DNA of 64,000 nt. It comes from the human T2T-CHM13v2.0 reference genome, Homo sapiens. Position numbers and translations under genes: made by a program. The notes beneath the pieces were generated by a model. The model did not search any database, was not told where the DNA came from, and was given only the letters and a program-made list of their open reading frames with translations. Each line of letters begins with the position of its first letter. The stretch's first letter is position 1. The stretch lies in assembly GCF_009914755.1 (NCBI RefSeq), contig NC_060928.1; one strand, 5' to 3'. Positions 56,751 through 64,000 of the stretch are shown piece after piece.

Positions 56751-58664
56751 GATAAATCTATGTCATGAAACATGATTCAGTCTGGGCTCTTGCCCATGCA
56801 TTTCTCCTGTTTCTGCTCCCTACAGTAGTTAGAAACCCACTGGACTGGATTATTTTCAACTCTTTTATCTCTTAAGTTTACCTGTTTTTCAGAGAGGCCC
56901 ACAGGTATTGAAATTTAAAAACTTTATTTATAAAAGTAATGAGAACATGGCTTGTGTTCTTATCAGAAATACTGGATTTGAGTCCTAACTGCAGCATCAA
57001 CATTATTAAAGTCTTGAAATTCTCAAAGCCCAGGTGTTGTTTAAATACATGAAGACAGAAATCATGTAGAGTTCTTAGCTCAGAGAAAGGCTGGTGTGTA
57101 GTAAATCCATGCTACTTGTTCGGTATTATCATTGTCATCATTGTTTTATGATGAGTTTCACAGACTACTTATTCTGGAAATAGAGGAGAAACATCATCTC
57201 CGTGTGAAAAATAAACACAACATATAATGAATATTAAGCCAGGCTTTTCAGAAACCAGAAAACATGATCTCATTATAATGATTCCTGTCAATGAAAAGTC
57301 TTTCTCCTTAAGTGACACACTAGGCTGAAGAATCTAATACTTTACTAAGTAAATAGAGATAGTCGTCAAGAAGTTAACTTGTTCATGGGTACTTTCATTT
57401 TTCTTTCTTTATTATTTTTCCAACCTTCTTGGCACTATACCAAATTTTCCTTTTCCCTTGAGTCCTTTCCTGGCCACTGTAGCAAGAACTGTTCCAAATT
57501 AACTCTGAACCTATTGCCCTTTTTCCCTGTCGCAGAGCATTTATCACTTGCTATCAAGTAATTCAGTCATCATGCTGATTTATTTTATCCAAATGCCTAT
57601 GAACTTGTTGGAACAAGGGTCTATTTTATTCATCTTTATCTTGCTCTTTGTACTTAGCACAGGATTTTGCAAAAGATAGGTACACAGATGTTCATCACGT
57701 TGTTTTAAACACTGCCACAATGGCACAGGCTTATGGATTTTCTGTTTGTTATTGCAGATGATTTTTTTTAAATAATCACAATATGTCATTTCTATCCTCT
57801 ACTTTCTACTCTCTACATCATACAATACAGCAGCAGTGAAAAGTATGATTTAACCTCTCTGAAATTCCCTTGCATCATTGGTAAACCGACATGATGTCAT
57901 ATTTTAGAATAAGAAAAGCCCAAACCAAAAAATTTATTTAGGTTCCTTGCAAGTCTTATATTTGATATGTGAGGCGTTTCTGAACTTCACCTAAAATTTA
58001 TGTCTCCTGAAGTAGAAAGTTATTTCTCTGCATTGTTCACAAAAGAATTATCAAGATTTATTAAAAACACAGGACATTTTACATCCTTACCAGGACTTCC
58101 AGATGGCTTTGTTGCAGAGGGATGTATTTATCCCTTGCCACCCCCACAAAAAAAAAAAAAAAGAAAAATGTTTGCTAGAAATAACAAAGTAAACTTACAG
58201 GATTGGACATAAAAGATAAACCCAGCACACTCTGAGTTTAATTTGAAAGTGAAAATAAGGGCTTAAAATAACTAAGATAAGGATTCATAGAGGAAAAAAG
58301 ACAGATATCATGCATATAATCAATCTTTATCAAGCCTAAATCACAAGTAGGAGGAATACTTGAAAAATCAGTGCACGTTTCTAAATGTAGATCTCAAAAG
58401 TATTTTTAAGGATGTGTGTAACACATGAGACCACACACACAGCTTTTAACTCACTCTTTAATTTTTATATTATGGTCTTTGATTTGGTTAAATGAGTGAG
58501 ACTTAGGTGATTTTAGCTGGTGAATAATTTTGTAATTTTACAATGAAGAGGAATATGAGTCAGGGGAATTTGGAGGAATTCATTACTTACCAGTGTTTTA
58601 ACATTACTACTCTTAGGTTTACATTTCCTATTCCCCTGCTAGCATCAGCCAGAGAACATTCTCT

Positions 58665-58842
58665 GCTTTTAAAAATAATTTGTTTAATTGTGGTAAGAAC
58701 AGTTAAGATGAAATCTACTCTCTGAACATTTTCAAGTGTACAATACAGTATTATTAACTATAGAGATAATGCATTACAGCAGATCTCTAGAATTTATTCA
58801 TCTTGCAAAACTGAAATTTTATACCCACTGATTGGCATTTAT
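58665..58842 (-). mobile_element. L1MA9-like 3' end
   Basis: TGTGGTAAGAACAGTTAAGATGAAATCTACTCTC...AAGTGTACAATACAGTATTATTAACTATAG...CAGATCTCTAGAATTTATTCATCTTGCA. Confidence 0.85.
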
Positions 58843-58844
58843 CC

Positions 58845-59018
58845 GACTGCATCAGGTCCCCCTAGATGATTTTCCTATCTTAAGTTCAGTGATATTATAC
58901 AATATAATCACAGGAATCAATTTCCATTATATTTACTAGTTCCAGACACATTCCAAAGGGAGGGGTTTACTCAAGACTAACACTATTGCTGAACATTCTT
59001 GGAATTCTTCCTGATACA
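58845..59018 (-). mobile_element. MLT1E-like LTR fragment
   Basis: ATAATCACAGGA...CCATTATATTTAC...CAAAGGGAGGGG...TCTTGGAATTCT. Confidence 0.5.
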
Positions 59019-61849
59019 GCAGAAAATAGTTCAACCATGGCCCAGATTCACAAGCTTTCATTAAGTCCAAAAAGGAGGCCACTTATTATTTATATTATAT
59101 ATATTGACTGTTACAACACACAGAGAACCTGATACTAATGATAATAGTAAAAATTTATACAGATTTTTTCCACAAAAGCTTTTACAAAAAGAAAACCTAG
59201 GTAACTTTTATTATACCTATTTTCCCGAGGTAGAAATGGAGCATGGAGAATTTTAAGTAAACTCTTTTCAATTTCTACGAGAGGAATATTCAAAGAAAAC
59301 TCTGATTCTAAATGCATTTTTTACTCTACACAGAATTATTTATTGTTACCCAAATTATCAAATATGATTGATTTTCACTGTCAAAAGTAGAGTGATTATA
59401 TCCTAATGCCTTATGGCTTGACATAACTACATGAGTTACAAATAATATAAATATTAAAATTGAGATATGGTGAAAGTTTATGTGAGTAATGTTTACATAC
59501 ATCTTTGAAGCAATAATGGTTTTGAGTATTAAAGATGAGAAGACAGGGTGAGGACTCTTGATTCTGGGCTCTTCTCGTCTTCAAGTGAACTGGGTCTCTT
59601 TAGGAGGCTTTCCAACTGCATGAGTTGTGGAGATTAGGCTTTCCTCTTTGCTAAATATCTGGAAGCTTATTTTGACCTATTTAGGTTTCCAGGTGTATTT
59701 CCTTGGTGTTATATGTCAGGAGTTGTATCCAGGACAAAAAAAAAAATCCACTCCTCACAGTCCCTCAACCTGCTCAATGCCCAGGCTATTTAATTTCTAA
59801 AAAATTGTGCTGGTTTCTTTTCTTTTTTTTTTTTTTTTTAAGTCAGGTGACTGTTATAATGTAGCTTCATTACCAGAGAACTAAGTAAATGAGGTATCAT
59901 TATATGCAGATCCAGAGGGACATTGAAATAGTTTAAGACAACATATCCCCTGCTTCAGGATACTTTTTAAACAGAAATCTTACCTCTGGTATTTTTCTGC
60001 CAAGTTAAAGGAATCTACACCTTTAGTGACTAGTTGGCCTTAATATATTGCTTGCAGAAACTTGTACAAGGGATCTCAATGATTGTCCCTGGGAGAACTA
60101 TGCTTGAATAAGATTTACACTTAAATAGTTCATGCAATGTTGATTTTTGTGTGTTGGTCTTCTGAGGAAAGAAGAGTGCTTTATACTCCGTGTACTTCAG
60201 CCTTTGTGGCCTTGGAATGTCTTCCAGAAGACATCTTTCTTCTATAGATTATTTAGCACAGAGTCTGATTATATAGCACACTTTTTAAGAGTTCATGTGT
60301 CAAAGTGAAGAACCATAGAGGAATTATTGAACATTAAATTTTCAGATGGAAAGCTAATCATATCTAAGAACAATAGGGGCAGCACACAGCAGATATTTAA
60401 AAATATATGAAAATAATATATATGTATACATTCATGATAGATGAAAGAGAGAAAAAAAGGGAGGAGAGAAAAAGAAAGAAAAGTGAGAAAACAGAGTTAC
60501 TAACTTTTTCTATTACAACTTTTCAAATTCTTAGACTTAGCAAGGTAAAACATTTAGAGATTTTTTTTCCTCCAATTTTAATGTCTGGATAAGACAATGA
60601 AAAGTTGATACATAGATGGATTTAGTAGAGTACTTCTTCCAACTATAAATCAGAGCATACGTGCTTTGCTTATGTAAGCACCACATTTCAATCCACAGTT
60701 TTCAAGTTAATATATAAAATTTAAAAACAATAGCATTTATGATTGGTGTCTTAGACCTGATAAGAACAAAGAATTTTTATTACTCAAGAAATACAAGGGG
60801 ATTTCTGACCTTTATATTTTCGAAGAAGAATAAGATGGGTACTTACAGAAACAGAGTAAGTTAAAAGTTATCACAAGAGTCTTACTTTATTCACTTCCAT
60901 CAATACATACAGAACATTTCAGCTAAAACATTCCCTGTTATAATTCTCATTCTGATTCATTATATTATTAGCAGCAAGATATCTTCCAGGGTTTATTAGG
61001 TAATGGTAATAATATCTCAGCAAATTTGACTCTGAAGTTGGCAATTTTGATAAATTTAGTTTAATTCTTAATCTAGCCAAAATGCTGGTATATCAAGCCA
61101 AGTTTTCTTAAAGTATATTTAAAAAAAACTTTGAAATAATACAACATTGGATTTAATTTAAAATGATAATTCATTTCTATTGACTTTAGCATAAGTGAAA
61201 ATATGTCATATTAATTCTGGAACTTTATTAAGGCATTAATTTTGATTTTAGTAGATACTTATATATTTTTTCCAGCTTATTACAGTCAAATGAATCATTT
61301 CCTCCTGCTTTGATATTGAATCACTAATTACTTTACCTGGTAGCTGTCAAACAATATGTATCATTAAGTTTATTTTTCTCAGTTAGTTTGAAGCACCATG
61401 TAAATGAGACCAATGGAAGGAGTTTGATACTCATTTGGCTTGGCTTATTGTTGAATACAAACAGAAATGTCCTCCCTGAAAAATGATTGCTTTGAAAATT
61501 GTAACTAAATAAGTTCTCTTATATTTAAAACAAGCACAATAGTATATATTTTCTGTTTTATGAAACATGTGGTACATGCCTTATAACAAAAAACTTTATC
61601 TTAAACTGTAAGAGGTCAGTGTTGAAGAAGTTATAAGTTCTTCATCAGTGAAAAGTGAGTAGATTAGGAGACAGATATTACTTTTGGTTATAAATTTACT
61701 CCTAGGTAGACATGTGACTTTACAATTATTTATTTTTTTTCTAGAAATCAGTTTCTCACTTTCAAAATTAGGCAAACTCACTGGGCTCTCAAAGGATCCC
61801 AGTATCTCTTAGACTAGGCAAGGGTAAGATTATGTTGGTATAATGTGGA

Positions 61850-62210
61850 AAAAAATCAAAATATTCCTGGTACTTTTTTTAAGCTTACACAAATGTTTCT
61901 GAAGATCCAGGCCACTTTCTAACCCTAAAAGGCTACTGTCCATGCTGCTACGCGGCAGCTGGCCATACAACTTTTGTCTTCGTATCATCTGGAACATAAG
62001 ACTTTCTTGAATGATGTAGCAGAGAAAGAAAATGCTGGTGGATCTTGCCTAAGCAAGGATGTGCTTTGGGATGGAAGTCATACATAAACCCTTCCCCATT
62101 AATTTCTTTGGTCACAGTAGGTCACACAATCCTGCTGATTTAAGAAAGCTTGTAGAAGAAAGATGAGTAATTCTGAAAGTCTTTGTGGGCAACAATGATA
62201 TCTAACATAT
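61850..62210 (-). mobile_element. Old MLT1 (I/J-like) LTR remnant
   Basis: GATCCAGGC...GGAAGTCATACATA...TTGGTCACAGTAGGTCACA motifs; very diverged. Confidence 0.4.
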
Positions 62211-63269
62211 TCCCTTGTAGCTCTAACTTTCAATGATTCCCTTATGTGATTCCCTGATGCCTTGACATTTTCCAGGGAATAAGTACAGAACTGTGAAAAT
62301 TTTACCAGTAATAAAAACTTAAGACTTTCTGCATTTTCTCAAGGTATATTCACAAAGAAACCCACTCTTGAAGTTAGGTATGACAGACATCATTCATATC
62401 TCGCAAACGAGCAAATTGAGGAACAACGTAATAAGATGAAATCATAAAATTACATCTATAAAGTATACCCATCTGCTCAAAGGGAAAGCTTAGAATCTAA
62501 TCTGAATCCTAGTGAAGCATTCTTATTCATAAGAAGACTTTCTATGTGAACGTAACTAACTGGACAATCCTAAGAGGAACTTTTTGTTAAGGAAAATCAG
62601 CTTGAGATCAGTACAACAATTTGAATGAAAACACATAGTTTTACCTATTTTTAATAAGAATATGAATTTTCCAAAGTGGAAGGTATTCTTCATTTTCTGT
62701 TGGCTTCTTGCACAAAACTGAAGATAGGACAAGACATTGTTACTCAGCTCACGTGCCCCACTCATGTGCTCACAGACTAAATCTGTTTCTCCTGTGGTGT
62801 ATTTAAATAAATCTGTACACCAATTTGTGATACTGTGCTAAGTTCCCTTAAAAAACTGTAATTATAAAATATTCGAACAAGCAGGTCTTCAGAGACTATT
62901 TGACCTAAAACCCTTATTTGCAGGTAAGATACCTGAGACTCAAAGAGATCAATTTGTTTTTCTACTGCTACAATACCTGTCAATATTCACATTGTAGCAT
63001 AGATCAACCCTAAACCTAAGTCTTAATCCAGTAAAATATACGCAAAGTTGAAGAAGTCATTTGAGGAGTTGGTCTTAGAATGTTTCCAATAACAAAATTC
63101 ATATGGGTTGATTTTTAAAGTAAGCTCTTTGCAAATAATCTTCTCCCATTCCTATACATGTTCTCTTTATTTCCCCCAGTTACCATAAAATAACAAATAT
63201 AATCAAATAGCCCCCTTTCTGGAAGATCAGTAAGTTTCTGTTTAGCACAGCACAAATTTTGCAGTGCGG

Positions 63270-63700
63270 TCTATTGAACTTTGCAGCCTGGCTTCCACTT
63301 GCTTTTCCAGGTTAATCAGCGATCTTTACAGCCCATGTCACAATCACACAGAATTCATTAATCTCTGCACATATGATGATATTTCACAACTCTTTGCCTT
63401 TGTTATTGCTGTTGAGTATTCCTTGCTTCCCAGTCCACCCAGGTCCTATCATTAGCCATCCCTCATCTCAAATGATGCCTGTCAGTGACAACTCTCTCAT
63501 CCCCTTGGGGTAAAGCTGTGCTCCTACAGCATATTGTTCATATCACTATTAAAGTTTTGCCAAACTCTTCTGCAGTTTTCTTCTGTTTCACCCAGTAGAC
63601 CCCTTAAGGGCAGGCAGCTCATTTGAAGCATCTCCTTTCCCAGTGATACCAGAGCATGTGGCACTTAATAGCTGCCTAATACATTTTGTAGAAAGGTGGA
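63270..63700 (+). mobile_element. L2 3' end
   Basis: CTTTGCCTTTGTTATTGCTG...CTCAAATGATGCCT...AGGGCAGG...GAGCATGTGGCACTTAATAG...AATACATTTTG. Confidence 0.7.
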
Positions 63701-63823
63701 ACCATTCACGAATTAAAACTTCTAACATAACTCAACACTTTACAAATCACAAAGCACTTTTCATATTATGTCACCCCCTCACCACAGGGTGCCCATATAT
63801 TTATAATTCATACACCGAGTCGG

Positions 63824-63826
<3 letters not shown>

Positions 63827-63856
<30 letters not shown>
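63827..63856. repeat. (TG)n microsatellite
   Basis: Direct reading of the sequence. Confidence 0.95.
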
Positions 63857-63857
<1 letters not shown>

Positions 63858-64000
63858 CCAGGATTTCAGGGGTGAGGAGTAGCATGTTGGGGTTTAGTTT
63901 ATAAGGAGTCCCAGAACAGAAGAAAACAACTGGTAATTGGAAAATGAGTACTTTTAATAACATTTAACCTATTTTCTTGACACATCTGTGCCTTTTACTG

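Overview
AT-rich, CpG-poor primate (very likely human) non-coding DNA, intergenic or deep intronic. I find no credible protein-coding exon, RNA gene or CpG island. The ORF track consists of short chance ORFs and translations of Alu, L1, LTR and microsatellite sequence; the one clearly recognisable protein remnant is L1 ORF2 at 21041-21301. Much of the window is old interspersed repeat: about 10 Alu copies or fragments (AluY, AluSc, AluJ), several L1 fragments, L2, MIR, MaLR/ERV LTRs and DNA transposon relics. Repeat subfamily names are from recalled consensus sequences, not a database search, and boundaries of old repeats are approximate. I see no evidence of a novel biological system. The most notable signals are structural: a 175-bp, 174/175-identical inverted duplication (21839-22013 vs 24034-24208), a 176-bp tandem duplication in an L1, and a compound direct-plus-inverted micro-rearrangement at 25801-25901. 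There is also a good CTCF-like motif in a repeat-free, GC/CpG-enriched block near 46.1 kb.
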